Below are positions 37,436-49,796 of a DNA stretch of 64,000 nt, one piece after another. Both the position numbers and the translations under genes were made by a program. The notes beneath the pieces were generated by a model. It had not been told where the DNA came from, made no database searches, and saw nothing but the letters and a program-made list of their open reading frames with translations. Each line of letters begins with the position of its first letter. Position 1 is the first letter of the stretch. The DNA comes from a candidate division FCPU426 bacterium. Its GTDB lineage: Bacteria; Oederibacteriota; JAAXVQ01; JAUVAV01. The stretch is from the NCBI GenBank assembly GCA_040756875.1, contig JBFLYH010000002.1, positions 767,078-831,077 on the forward strand, written 5' to 3'.

Positions 37436-38212
37436 ATGCCTTCTTCTCAACTTCGTGAATATCCCTGGTGGGTGCGCTTGTTATTGAGCACCATTGCGCT
37501 GGCATTGTTGCTTTTTACCTTTAAAGTGATGACCGCCTTGTCCCAACCCACGGAGTATCTCAATTCCTACGCAGCTGTTCAGAAAAAACCCGGAAATGCC
37601 AAACAAGTTCAAACCATGGGAATCCTAGATTACCGTACATTTTTATACCTGGTGGGCCCAATTGTGGCCGCTGAAAACGAGAAAAACAATGGTCCCCTTT
37701 TCCGTTCAGATATTCCTCCGGCCATGAATCCGGCCACATTTTCCGATGCCACCGGCGCCATCGAAATCCAGGCTCATACGCTGCCTTTAACCCCGCACGA
37801 TCCTTCCTCCTACTCCTTCAACCAAACGCTCCATTTCCTCGGGTGGCGTATTTCCGAAACCGCTCTGGAACTTTTTGCGGTTGCAGCCTCCCAGGCCGAG
37901 CTTTCGGATCTGCTCTACTCGAGGTCCGAACACTGGAAGCGAACTCTGTTTGCACAAGGGGCTTTGCTGGCGATTTTGGTTTTTTCCATATTTTGGCTGC
38001 TTAATTTGGCTGTATTATCCAATCCAAGCCTGCAAGCCGTACAGTTGTTGCTGGTTAATTTAATCTTTTTAGTTCTTTTTTATAGCGTCTTAGTGCTGGT
38101 CCGTTATCCCTTGGCCAGCACGGTTCTTATTACTGCCGGTATCCTGGCGGCCGCCAACCTTGTGTTTTTCCCTTTGTCCTGGCTCGTCAATCGGCTGACA
38201 CGCGGGAAATAA
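37436..38212 (+). CDS. Hypothetical membrane protein
   Basis: N-terminal TM, soluble loop, three C-terminal TMs. Confidence 0.72.
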   Translation: MPSSQLREYPWWVRLLLSTIALALLLFTFKVMTALSQPTEYLNSYAAVQKKPGNAKQVQTMGILDYRTFLYLVGPIVAAENEKNNGPLFRSDIPPAMNPATFSDATGAIEIQAHTLPLTPHDPSSYSFNQTLHFLGWRISETALELFAVAASQAELSDLLYSRSEHWKRTLFAQGALLAILVFSIFWLLNLAVLSNPSLQAVQLLLVNLIFLVLFYSVLVLVRYPLASTVLITAGILAAANLVFFPLSWLVNRLTRGK

Positions 38213-38213
38213 T

Positions 38214-38531
38214 ATGCGCATTGAAAATATCAAGGACCATATTCAGTTTGAAGATGAAGGGTTTGGGCGTTCGGTTGTGATCACATCGGATAACTCGGTG
38301 CTTTTCCTATATACCTTCAAACCAGGCCAAGCCATGACCGAGCATACCCATCCTTTCACGAATGAATATGTGACTGTCATTGAAGGGGAAGCGCTTATCT
38401 CGGTGGATGTGGAATCTGTCCTGGTTGCGCCCCAACAAGTGGTTTTCATCCCCCGGGAATCCGTTCACTCCATACATAACCATTCTTCCAAGCCCCTGAT
38501 CGTCGCCAGCTTCATGACGCCCAAACCCTAA
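38214..38531 (+). CDS. Cupin-domain protein
   Basis: EHTHP..NEYVTVIEGE and IPRESVHSIHN motifs. Confidence 0.88.
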   Translation: MRIENIKDHIQFEDEGFGRSVVITSDNSVLFLYTFKPGQAMTEHTHPFTNEYVTVIEGEALISVDVESVLVAPQQVVFIPRESVHSIHNHSSKPLIVASFMTPKP

Positions 38532-38583
38532 TACCTTCCTCCTCCTACGCTTCAAATCCCTCGCTGGTCTTTTGCCTTGGGTC

Positions 38584-38612
38584 TTGACGCCAATGAACGG
38601 CTGACTTATTAT
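38584..38612 (+). promoter_or_regulatory. sigma70 promoter of fixC
   Basis: TTGACG-17bp-TATTAT. Confidence 0.55.
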
Positions 38613-38655
38613 GTGTCCTTACGATCCCTGATCTTGGCAGGTTTTGGAGGTTGAA

Positions 38656-39954
38656 ATGGCAGACGATCAATTTGATGTTATCGTGGTAGGAGCGGGCCCC
38701 TCGGGACTGACGGTTGCGCTCCGTCTGGCCCAGGCGGGGTTGCAAGTCGCAGTGCTAGAACGTGGAGCTTTCGCAGGTTCTAAAAACGTTATGGGCGGCA
38801 TTTTTTACCGCCACCCCCTGGAAACCGTCCTTCCCGATTTTTGGAAAACCGCCCCCGTGGAACGCGCCATTGTCGAACAACGCTACTGGATGCTGGGACA
38901 ACAGGGACATGTTGGAGCGGGTGTCCGCAGCCAGCGGTTCGGCGGCGACCATCCGAATTGTTGGTCGGTCTTCAGAGCGCGATTTGACCGTTGGTTGGCT
39001 GAACAGGTGGAAGCCGCCGGGGCCATGCTGCTAACCGAAGCCACCGTGGAATCTCTTTTGGTTGAAAACGGCCGTGTGGTTGGCGTGCATACCGGCTTGG
39101 AAGACGGCGATTTGAAAGCCAATGTTGTGGTGATCGCCGAGGGCGTGAATTCCCTCCTGCTGCGCGATCTGGGCATCCATCCTGAGCTCAAGCCCAACCA
39201 GGTCGCTACGGTCGTAAAAGAAGTCATTTCCCTTCCGGCAGAAAAAATCGAAGACCGCTTTAATGTCGAAGCCGGCCAAGGTGTCTCCATCGAACTCTTG
39301 GGAACCTTGACCCGCGGCGCCGTCGGAATAGGTTTTCTGTATTCCAATCGCGACAGTATCTCCCTGGGCGTGGGTGTTCTGACTTCCGATTTGGCCCGAT
39401 TAAAGCTGGATCCCCATGATTTAATCGAAAACCTTAAAAACCACCCCAGCATCCGCCCGCTTCTTGCCGGAGGTAAAACCGAGGAATACTTGGCTCATCT
39501 GATCCCCGAAGGGGGCTATCGGGCCATTCCCAAGGTGCATGGAAACGGCTGGGTGGCGGTCGGTGATTCAGTCATGTTGGTTGACAGCGTCCATCGCGAA
39601 GGTTCCAATTTGGCCGTTAAATCCGGTATTTTGGCCGCCGAGGCCATTATTCAGGCCAAATCCAAAAACGACTTTTCCGAGGCTGGTCTGGCCAGTTATC
39701 GCGAACGCTTAAACGCCAGTTTTGTGATGAAGGACTTAAGAAAATACAAGAACTTCAGCCATTATTTGGAATCCCATCCGCATTTTTTCTCCGTTTACCC
39801 CGATTTGATCAATGATGCGGGGACTGCTTTCTTCTCCGTAGATGGAAAAAGCAAACGTCAGATGCAGATGGAACTTTTCAATATGTTTAAAAAGCGTCGC
39901 GGACTAGTTGGTCTGTTCATGGACGCCCTGCAGGGAGGAATGAGCGCATTATGA
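38656..39954 (+). CDS. fixC: FixC-family FAD-dependent ETF:quinone oxidoreductase subunit
   Basis: VVGAGPSG, GSKNVMGG, EYLAHLIPEGG, REGSNLA; RBS GGAGG. Confidence 0.9.
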   Translation: MADDQFDVIVVGAGPSGLTVALRLAQAGLQVAVLERGAFAGSKNVMGGIFYRHPLETVLPDFWKTAPVERAIVEQRYWMLGQQGHVGAGVRSQRFGGDHPNCWSVFRARFDRWLAEQVEAAGAMLLTEATVESLLVENGRVVGVHTGLEDGDLKANVVVIAEGVNSLLLRDLGIHPELKPNQVATVVKEVISLPAEKIEDRFNVEAGQGVSIELLGTLTRGAVGIGFLYSNRDSISLGVGVLTSDLARLKLDPHDLIENLKNHPSIRPLLAGGKTEEYLAHLIPEGGYRAIPKVHGNGWVAVGDSVMLVDSVHREGSNLAVKSGILAAEAIIQAKSKNDFSEAGLASYRERLNASFVMKDLRKYKNFSHYLESHPHFFSVYPDLINDAGTAFFSVDGKSKRQMQMELFNMFKKRRGLVGLFMDALQGGMSAL

Positions 39955-40229
39955 AACTTGAAGACAAACTATTTTTAGTCACTTTCCAAGCTGACACCGA
40001 AAGTCACCTGTCGGTTAAAAACCAAGAGCTTTGCCGCAAGTGTCAGGATAAACCCTGCATTAACGCCTGCCCCGCGGACTGCTGGGAACACGAACACGAA
40101 AAGAATGAAGTGTTGGTTTCCTTTGAAGGCTGCCTGGAGTGCGGAACCTGTCGCATTATTTGCCCGTATGATAATATCAACTGGCGATACCCCAGGGGTG
40201 GTTTCGGCGTTAAGTATAAATTCGGCTAG
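39951..40229 (+). CDS. fixX: FixX ferredoxin
   Basis: C..C..KPC...CPA, GCLECGTCRIIC, WRYPRGGFGV. Confidence 0.92.
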   Translation: MKLEDKLFLVTFQADTESHLSVKNQELCRKCQDKPCINACPADCWEHEHEKNEVLVSFEGCLECGTCRIICPYDNINWRYPRGGFGVKYKFG

Positions 40230-40237
40230 ACTAATAC

Positions 40238-40783
40238 ATGCCGCCTCTCCTGCTTGCGCTATTGGGAAGCCCTCGTCCGCAGGGTGCCTGCGCGCAAATG
40301 TTGCGTGCTTTTTGTGCAGGCGCCAGTAATTGGAAAATCAAAAAAATCAATCTGTTCCGCCTGCACATCCGTCCTTGTCTGGGTTGCGAATCATGCCAAA
40401 AATCGAGGATTTGCCGCCATGTGGACGATATGGTAGAATTATTCAGATGGCTGGACCAAGCTCAAGCAGTGGTCTTATCCGCACCGGTTTATTTTTACGG
40501 TTTGCCCGCGCCAACCAAAGCCGTCGTTGACCGCTGCCACCCCCTCTGGCACGATCCCTACTGGCAGCAACGACATCGTCGCCCCGGTTTTTTGCTATCG
40601 GCCTGCGGCCGGAACCTCCTTTCAGAATTCGATATATTGCGCCGCGAAACGATAGCTTTTTTCAATACTATCGGTTGTCGCTTGGAAGGGGAAGTCCTTC
40701 TTCCGGGCCGTGAGAACAAAGATGCCTCAAAACGCTTGACTGCCGCAATAAGGAAAAGTCGTCATTTGGCTAGACGTTTATAG
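40238..40783 (+). CDS. Multimeric flavodoxin (iron-sulfur flavoprotein family)
   Basis: GSPR, PCLGCESC...C, SAPVYF, K.VVDR. Confidence 0.85.
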   Translation: MPPLLLALLGSPRPQGACAQMLRAFCAGASNWKIKKINLFRLHIRPCLGCESCQKSRICRHVDDMVELFRWLDQAQAVVLSAPVYFYGLPAPTKAVVDRCHPLWHDPYWQQRHRRPGFLLSACGRNLLSEFDILRRETIAFFNTIGCRLEGEVLLPGRENKDASKRLTAAIRKSRHLARRL

Positions 40784-40793
40784 GAGTAGAAAA

Positions 40794-41357
40794 ATGGAAA
40801 AGCAGGAATGGCGTCAACATTTTCTCCAGGCTCGCCGATCATTATCAGCCCTTCAACGTATTTCGTTCTCGGCGGCCATCCACCGACAGGTTCTTAACCA
40901 TCCGGCCTGGCACCGGGCCCGGACCATCGGTTTTTATTTCGCTTTCCCGGACGAAGTCCAAACCCACTCCTTGTTGCAGTCGGCGTGGAAACGTGGAAAA
41001 AAAATTGCGGCTCCGGTCATTAACCGCTGGCGTCAAAATATCGAGTTTCGTTTGCTGTCTTCTATCCCTCCGTGGCCTTTGCCGCATAAACAAATGACTC
41101 GCCTTCCGATAATGCAACCGCTTCCGGCGGAACGGCTTGATTTAGTGCTTGTTCCAGGAGTGGGATTCGACGAGCGCGGGATTCGTCTTGGCTTTGGCAA
41201 GGGATATTACGATCGTTTTTTTAAATCCTGTCGTGCTTTTCGCATGGGATTGGCCTATGAAAGCCAGTTGACGTCATGCCTGCCCTCGCGCGAATGGGAT
41301 GTTCCTGTGGACTGCCTTATCACTGAAAAACGGTCAATTGTTACTGCCCCTGCCTAA
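40794..41357 (+). CDS. 5-formyltetrahydrofolate cyclo-ligase
   Basis: DLVLVPGVGFD..G.RLGFGKGYYDR, DVPVD..ITE. Confidence 0.92.
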   Translation: MEKQEWRQHFLQARRSLSALQRISFSAAIHRQVLNHPAWHRARTIGFYFAFPDEVQTHSLLQSAWKRGKKIAAPVINRWRQNIEFRLLSSIPPWPLPHKQMTRLPIMQPLPAERLDLVLVPGVGFDERGIRLGFGKGYYDRFFKSCRAFRMGLAYESQLTSCLPSREWDVPVDCLITEKRSIVTAPA

Positions 41358-41715
41358 AAAAGTGCCGTTCCAGCGTCTTTAAAAAAGATACGGCATGAAT
41401 TGGTTTAGTAATGACTTCTGCACATCCCGCCTCCAATGCCTTTTCCTGATCCCCGGCCATAGCATACGCCGTCACCGCCACGATCGGAATCGCGCTAAAA
41501 TCGGGGTCCTGTTTTATCTTACGCGTCAACGTGTATCCGTCCACATCAGGGAGTTGCATATCCATCAAGATAAGATCCGGGCGTTGGCTCCGCAAGCGAT
41601 CCCAGCAGGAATCGGCATCTTCGGCAGTAACGACTTGATATCCAGCAGAGGTTAACAGATCGAAGAGCAATTCCAAATTGACCGGATTATCTTCCACCAC
41701 TAAAATGGTCGGCAT
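41341..41715 (-). CDS. Single-domain response regulator, DivK-like
   Basis: VVEDN, PDLILMDMQLP, AVTAYAM.GD.EKALEAGC...TKPI. Confidence 0.9.
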   Translation of the reverse strand: MPTILVVEDNPVNLELLFDLLTSAGYQVVTAEDADSCWDRLRSQRPDLILMDMQLPDVDGYTLTRKIKQDPDFSAIPIVAVTAYAMAGDQEKALEAGCAEVITKPIHAVSFLKTLERHFFRQGQ

Positions 41716-41720
41716 CACGT

Positions 41721-43172
41721 TTACGGGCAATTTGTTTCTTCGGTTTTTTCCTGGGAGGCTTTTTGAGGCAAAACTACCTCGACCAGTGTGCCTTTTTCCG
41801 GCTGACTTTTTACCCAGATATGTCCGCCATGTAATAAAACCAATTTGCGCGTCAAGGCAAGTCCAAGCCCGGTCCCTTCGTATTTTCGCTTTTTGGAACT
41901 GCTGGTTTGCTCAAACTCCACAAATAGTTTCGACATTTCTTCTTCCTTAATCCCTATACCCGTATCCTGAAAAGACAACAAAACCGCCGGTTCTTCAACC
42001 GTAAAAGCCTCTGACCCGGTTCCTCCATCAAACTTTCGGCCGGAAGGCACTTCCTCGGAACGTATCCATATTTTTCCTTTCTCATCGGTAAACTTAATGG
42101 CGTTTGACATCAGATTATAGAGAATCTGTTTGAATTTAGCCGCATCGCCTTGCATAACAATGTCCGCGCCTAACTGTAGAAAGATTTCAATGTTTTTTTT
42201 GTACGCCAAAGTTCTTATGGTATTATGCACTTCATCAATTAACCGATTTAACGAATAGGGTTCCACCAGCAATTCCATTTTTCCCGCTTCTACTTTAGAA
42301 ATATCCAAAATATTATTGATGAGATCCAACAAATGCCGTCCTGCATCATAAACGTGCGTGACGTAACGCAATTGTTTTTCATTTAATTCGCCGAACATTT
42401 GGTGCTTCAGCACTTCTGCGAAACCGATGATTGAATTGAGTGGCGTACGCAATTCATGCGACATACTGGCTAAAAAGTCGGATTTCATTCTGGATATATC
42501 TTCCAATTGTTCGGTTTTTATAATTAGCTCGTCTTTCTGAAGCTGCAATTCCTCGGTCGTTTCATACAACCGCAAGTTTTTTTCCACCACTTCCCGGGTT
42601 CGTTCCCTGATAATCGCCTCATTACGAACATTCATCTCTTGTAGGTTTTCCGCCAAGCGGTTTTTATCCTTAATAATAGTTTCCATGTGAGTGTACGACT
42701 TTTCAAGTTTCCTGATCATGGCTTGAAATTCATCGGCTAATTGCTCAATCTCATCATTGGTATGAATGTGCAGGTTAAAGTCATTTACACGACGAAACCG
42801 TCGGCCCGTCGGCAAGCCAAAAACGTCAAATTCGTCATCGTCTTCCGTAACCAACTTCATAGCCCGCGCCAAGCTTTGAATGGGCGCAATCATTGTGTGC
42901 GAAAGATACCAGGCTTGAATAACGCTCAATCCAATGAAAACCAGCAAAAATAAAGCATAATAAATCGTCCGCGTTATGCCGGCGGTTGGCATGGGTAAGG
43001 TAAGCCATAAAAAACCAACTGTCAGCCACAAGCTTAAAGATAATAAAGAGGCGGCAACGATGAATTTCCAGCGCAACCCGGTTTTAATTCGTACACCGGT
43101 ATCGCCTGCCGTTTTATCCGGCTTTCGTCGCTCGGTTGCATCTTGATTTGATTCGATTTGGGAATGGGTCAC
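41721..43172 (-). CDS. Membrane sensor histidine kinase (2 TM, HAMP, coiled coil, HisKA, HATPase)
   Basis: SMSHELRTPLNSIIGF, NLMSNAIKFT, DTGIG, GTGLGL. Confidence 0.93.
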   Translation of the reverse strand: MTHSQIESNQDATERRKPDKTAGDTGVRIKTGLRWKFIVAASLLSLSLWLTVGFLWLTLPMPTAGITRTIYYALFLLVFIGLSVIQAWYLSHTMIAPIQSLARAMKLVTEDDDEFDVFGLPTGRRFRRVNDFNLHIHTNDEIEQLADEFQAMIRKLEKSYTHMETIIKDKNRLAENLQEMNVRNEAIIRERTREVVEKNLRLYETTEELQLQKDELIIKTEQLEDISRMKSDFLASMSHELRTPLNSIIGFAEVLKHQMFGELNEKQLRYVTHVYDAGRHLLDLINNILDISKVEAGKMELLVEPYSLNRLIDEVHNTIRTLAYKKNIEIFLQLGADIVMQGDAAKFKQILYNLMSNAIKFTDEKGKIWIRSEEVPSGRKFDGGTGSEAFTVEEPAVLLSFQDTGIGIKEEEMSKLFVEFEQTSSSKKRKYEGTGLGLALTRKLVLLHGGHIWVKSQPEKGTLVEVVLPQKASQEKTEETNCP

Positions 43173-43648
43173 AATCGTATAATCTCTCCGCGAAGAGTTC
43201 CATTGCCAATTTCTAGTATTCCTACTGAACGATATCCGGCAATTTTTAAATCCGTTGCGCTGCCGGGATTCATAAACCAGACACTGGATTCTTTATCCCA
43301 GTATGCCTGATGCGTATGCCCATAAACAATAATATTCGCTTTATTAAACTCTCGCCGGATCGCTTCGCGAATGCAGTTTCTGGGCACTCCGGCGCCATGG
43401 ATAAGGCCTATCCAATAATCTCCAACTCGAAATTCACGTTTGTGCGGCAATTGGTGGAGCTGGACATCCATATTCCCTGCCACCGCAGTAACCGGAGCGA
43501 TACTTTCTAATTCTATCAAGACTGATTCGCTCTCTATATCCCCGGCGTGAAGTATGCGATCGACGTTTTTAAAAACGGTATTGATTTCAGGCGGTAGTAC
43601 ACTGGCATTCATTGGTATATGCGTATCTGAAATTACTCCCAATCGCAT
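43169..43648 (-). CDS. YfcE-family metallophosphoesterase
   Basis: SDTH, HAGD, AGNMD, IHG, GHTH, NPGS. Confidence 0.92.
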   Translation of the reverse strand: MRLGVISDTHIPMNASVLPPEINTVFKNVDRILHAGDIESESVLIELESIAPVTAVAGNMDVQLHQLPHKREFRVGDYWIGLIHGAGVPRNCIREAIRREFNKANIIVYGHTHQAYWDKESSVWFMNPGSATDLKIAGYRSVGILEIGNGTLRGEIIRL

Positions 43649-43767
43649 TTATGAATTTCCTATTCCAAATGTACCGATACGAGGTTTTTGGTTGAACGAT
43701 TCACGAAAGAATAAATATCGACTCTTGGGAGTCATCCGGCGTGAGGGGGGCGTAAAGACTGAAGAAT

Positions 43768-43860
43768 TGGCGGAGAGGCAGGGGTTCGAACCCTGGGTAC
43801 CCCTTGTGAGGGTACAACTGCTTAGCAGGCAGCTGCCTTCGACCACTCGGCCACCTCTCC
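43768..43860 (-). tRNA. tRNA-Ser(GCT)
   Basis: GCTGC-CT-GCT-AA-GCAGT, long variable arm, CCA. Confidence 0.96.
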
Positions 43861-43909
43861 GATTTTTTATCCGGCGTCGACCCGAAATCCCGCGGATATT
43901 CTATTATTC

Positions 43910-43997
43910 TGGCGGAGGGCGAGGGACTCGAACCCCCAAGTCCAGAAAAGGACGGCAGATTTCAAGTCTGCTGCATTACCAATTATGCTAGCCCTCC
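43910..43997 (-). tRNA. tRNA-Ser(TGA)
   Basis: GGAGGGC/GCCCTCC acceptor stem, GCAGA-CT-TGA-AA-TCTGC, CCA. Confidence 0.95.
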
Positions 43998-44047
43998 CGC
44001 CGGCTTCGAGGCATCATAAAATTGTATTTGGAAAAACACAACCAAAA

Positions 44048-45340
44048 TTACGCCAACTGGCCAGCAGGGTTGATATACTTTGCCCCTCGTAAATACGGCT
44101 GAAGAGCCGTTGGGATTCTCATTCCGCCTTCTTCTGTTTGATAGCACTCCATAATCGCAGGCAACAACCGGGATGTTGCTAACCCCGATCCATTCAGGGT
44201 GTGGCAATACTGTACTTTGCCTTCCTGATCTTTAAACCGCATGTTCATCCGTCGCGCTTGAAACGCCTCAAAATTCGAGCAGGATGAAACCTCCCAAAAA
44301 CGCTGGACGCCTGAATGCCAAACCTCCAAATCGTAGCTCTTCGCGCTGGCAAATGACATATCGCCTGTGGAGAGGAGAACAACACGATAATGCAACTCTA
44401 AGCGATGAAGGATGCGTTCGGCGTCGACAACTAAATTTTCCAACTCTTGATACGATGAATCCGGGGTGGTTATTTTAACCAATTCCACTTTGTTGAATTG
44501 ATGTTGTCTCACAATCCCTTGAGTATCTTTTCCGTAGCTTCCCGCTTCTTTTCTAAAGCAGGGGGTATAGGCGACGTACCGAAGCGGCAATTGCTCAGCA
44601 GGAATCACTTCCTCTCGGTGCATGTTTGTTACAGGCACTTCGGCGGTTGGAATGAGGAAATACTCCTCGTCACTTGTTTTAAACATGTCGTTTTCTAACT
44701 TTGGCAACTGTCCGGTGCCTATCATGGCCGACCGGTTTACCAGCAAAGGGGGTATAACCTCCAAATACCCCGCCTCCCTTTGCATATCCAACATGAACTG
44801 TATAATCGCCCGTTCCAAACGTGCGCCCGTGTCCCGGTATATAACAAAACGTGCGCCGCTTATTTTGGTGGCTCTTGCCTCATCCAGCATACCCAAGCGT
44901 TCACCTATCACCCAATGCGGTTGAGGTTGAAAAGCAAAAACCGGAGCCTCCCCCCATCTTCTAATTTCTTTATTCGCAGAAGCATCTTTGCCCCTCGGAA
45001 CAACCGCCTCGGGAAGATTGGGGATTTGCAGTAAATACGCATCAATAGCATCGTCTATCTCACGAAGCTGATTATCCAGACGTTTAATTTCATCACTGAC
45101 CGCGCGCATTGCGGAAATTTCCTGATCGGGATTTTCTCCGCGCTGTTTTTTAACCGCGATCCCCTCGCTTGATTTATTTCGCTGGGCTTTCAACCGTTCA
45201 CAGCGCGTCAACAGTTCCCGACGTTCTGATTCTTTTTCAAGGAGCGCCGACAAATCTAGGGAATTGTTGCGGTCTGCTAACATTTGCCGGACTACTTCAG
45301 GATGTTCTCTAACGAAACGTCTATCCAGCACTTGATACAT
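44048..45340 (-). CDS. serS: Serine--tRNA ligase
   Basis: GTGQLPK, LIPTAEVP, RQHQFNKVE, EVSSCSN, TLNGSGLA. Confidence 0.97.
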   Translation of the reverse strand: MYQVLDRRFVREHPEVVRQMLADRNNSLDLSALLEKESERRELLTRCERLKAQRNKSSEGIAVKKQRGENPDQEISAMRAVSDEIKRLDNQLREIDDAIDAYLLQIPNLPEAVVPRGKDASANKEIRRWGEAPVFAFQPQPHWVIGERLGMLDEARATKISGARFVIYRDTGARLERAIIQFMLDMQREAGYLEVIPPLLVNRSAMIGTGQLPKLENDMFKTSDEEYFLIPTAEVPVTNMHREEVIPAEQLPLRYVAYTPCFRKEAGSYGKDTQGIVRQHQFNKVELVKITTPDSSYQELENLVVDAERILHRLELHYRVVLLSTGDMSFASAKSYDLEVWHSGVQRFWEVSSCSNFEAFQARRMNMRFKDQEGKVQYCHTLNGSGLATSRLLPAIMECYQTEEGGMRIPTALQPYLRGAKYINPAGQLA

Positions 45341-45398
45341 CCATCCTGTGTAATTTATTTTGGTTGAGCAAAAATCCGCTTTAAGCCGTGCAGTGGAT

Positions 45399-48173
<2,775 letters not shown>

Positions 48174-48210
48174 TTATATCCATTAATACTTCTTATTAAG
48201 AAATATCGCC

Positions 48211-48240
48211 ATGATGTGATTTTTATAAAAAGCACATCAT
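48211..48240. promoter_or_regulatory. 30-bp near-perfect palindrome upstream of gyrB
   Basis: ATGATGTGATTTTTATAAAAAGCACATCAT (one mismatched pair). Confidence 0.55.
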
Positions 48241-48338
48241 TTTTAATAAAATAAATGTTCTATCAGGTAGGTAGGCTTTGGGCCCAAAAAAGGATTAAAA
48301 TTAATGTTAGAATTTGTTTAAACGCAAAATTGCGATTA

Positions 48339-48668
48339 TTACTTTGTTTTTCCTAATTTAAAAATGATATCTTCAAACTCTATTCCATGCTGGGATAGAA
48401 ATAATTTGGCTTTAATTTTAATCTTTTCCTTTAGAAAAGTCAACTCATTCAACCAGGCGGAATTTTCAGCAGTCACAGTAAGTATTTTACTTCTATTCAT
48501 ACTTAGTTTGGTGTGCTGAGAAATTTTTTCCCCGACTATTGAGTACCAGAAAGCATTTAAAGAAAGCTCTTTCTGATTATATTGAGATTGTATTTTACCT
48601 AAAACCTTTTTTAAAACTGTATTAAGAGGAATGGGCCGATTTTTATTTCTTTGATTGTAATTAGACAT
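48339..48668 (-). CDS. DUF721/DciA-family protein
   Basis: W..IVGEKISQHT...LTVTAENSAWLNEL; between recF and gyrB. Confidence 0.85.
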   Translation of the reverse strand: MSNYNQRNKNRPIPLNTVLKKVLGKIQSQYNQKELSLNAFWYSIVGEKISQHTKLSMNRSKILTVTAENSAWLNELTFLKEKIKIKAKLFLSQHGIEFEDIIFKLGKTK

Positions 48669-49776
48669 GATTTTTATTTATTTCTCCATTATTAACATTA
48701 AAAACATCTGATTTTATCAATAATTGTTCGAAATCTTCTCTATTGGTTCCTGTAATAAATACTTGAGGCTTAAAATGTATTAATGATAATAAATCCTCTT
48801 TTCTTTTTTCATCTAACTCAGAAAAAATATCATCAAGCAAAAAAACAGGATACTCTTTAGTCACATCATTAATAAATTCCGCCTCTGCAACTCTTAGACT
48901 GATAGCAATGGATCTTTTTTGCCCTTGAGATCCAAAAACCCTTGAATTTAAATTGTTTAATTTAATTTCAATGTCATCTCTATGACAACCGATTATTGAT
49001 ATACCCCTTGCTATTTCTTCTGGCTGTACTCTCTTAAGCCTAATTTTAAACGCTTTTTCATAATCGTCATCAATTCCACTTGGTGTACTATATATTGTAT
49101 CTTTATAATTTATTTCTAAATCTTCTGTGTTTTTCAACTTTTTATGTATATTATGTGATAATAAATTAATTATTAATATATTTTCTGTCCTTTTCTTATA
49201 TATTTTGTGTGAAAATGTTATTAATTGTTCATTCCAAGGATACAAAGAATTTTCTTTTTCAATATTGAGCTTTATCTTTTTTAATAAAATGTTTCTTTGC
49301 TTTAGTATTTTATGATAATTAATCAAATTTATTAAATATTCTTTATCAATTTTTGATAAAATATTATCAATATATCTTCTTCTAATAGAAGAATCTCCCT
49401 TTACTATAAGTAAATCATCTGGTGAAAACAAAGTAATATTAAGTTTTCCTATGTAATCAGAAATTTTGAGGACTTTCTTACTATTCAATCTTATTATTTT
49501 ATTTTCATTTTTAAAAAAGTTTATTTTTACATCATTTTCTAATCCATTATTAGTTATTTTTGAAGAAATACATGCATTATTTTCATTAATATTAATAATT
49601 TCCTTTTCATCATTAGTTCTAAATGATTTTAAATTTCCAACTATATACAAGCTCTCAATAAAATTAGTTTTTCCTTGAGCATTATTTCCAATAATTACAT
49701 TAATATTTTTATTAAATTCTATTTCTGATTTTATTATGTTTCTTATATTTATAATTGATATTTTTTTTATTTTCAT
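48661..49776 (-). CDS. recF: DNA replication/repair protein RecF
   Basis: GNNAQGKTN, HRDD, GSQGQ, LLDDIFSELD. Confidence 0.95.
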   Translation of the reverse strand: MKIKKISIINIRNIIKSEIEFNKNINVIIGNNAQGKTNFIESLYIVGNLKSFRTNDEKEIININENNACISSKITNNGLENDVKINFFKNENKIIRLNSKKVLKISDYIGKLNITLFSPDDLLIVKGDSSIRRRYIDNILSKIDKEYLINLINYHKILKQRNILLKKIKLNIEKENSLYPWNEQLITFSHKIYKKRTENILIINLLSHNIHKKLKNTEDLEINYKDTIYSTPSGIDDDYEKAFKIRLKRVQPEEIARGISIIGCHRDDIEIKLNNLNSRVFGSQGQKRSIAISLRVAEAEFINDVTKEYPVFLLDDIFSELDEKRKEDLLSLIHFKPQVFITGTNREDFEQLLIKSDVFNVNNGEINKNHV

Positions 49777-49780
49777 TTTT

Positions 49781-49796
49781 TGTTTCACGTGAAACT
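49781..49796. promoter_or_regulatory. parS site
   Basis: TGTTTCACGTGAAACT, 15/16 match to TGTTTCACGTGAAACA. Confidence 0.9.

Noticed and set aside
40784-40793. 6S RNA expected upstream of 5-formyl-THF cyclo-ligase
   Set aside because: Only 10 bp separate the genes, leaving no room
43910-43997. tRNA with TGA in the anticodon loop as a selenocysteine or suppressor tRNA
   Set aside because: Anticodon UGA reads Ser codon UCA; it has a normal 7-bp acceptor stem, and tRNA-Sec would have anticodon UCA
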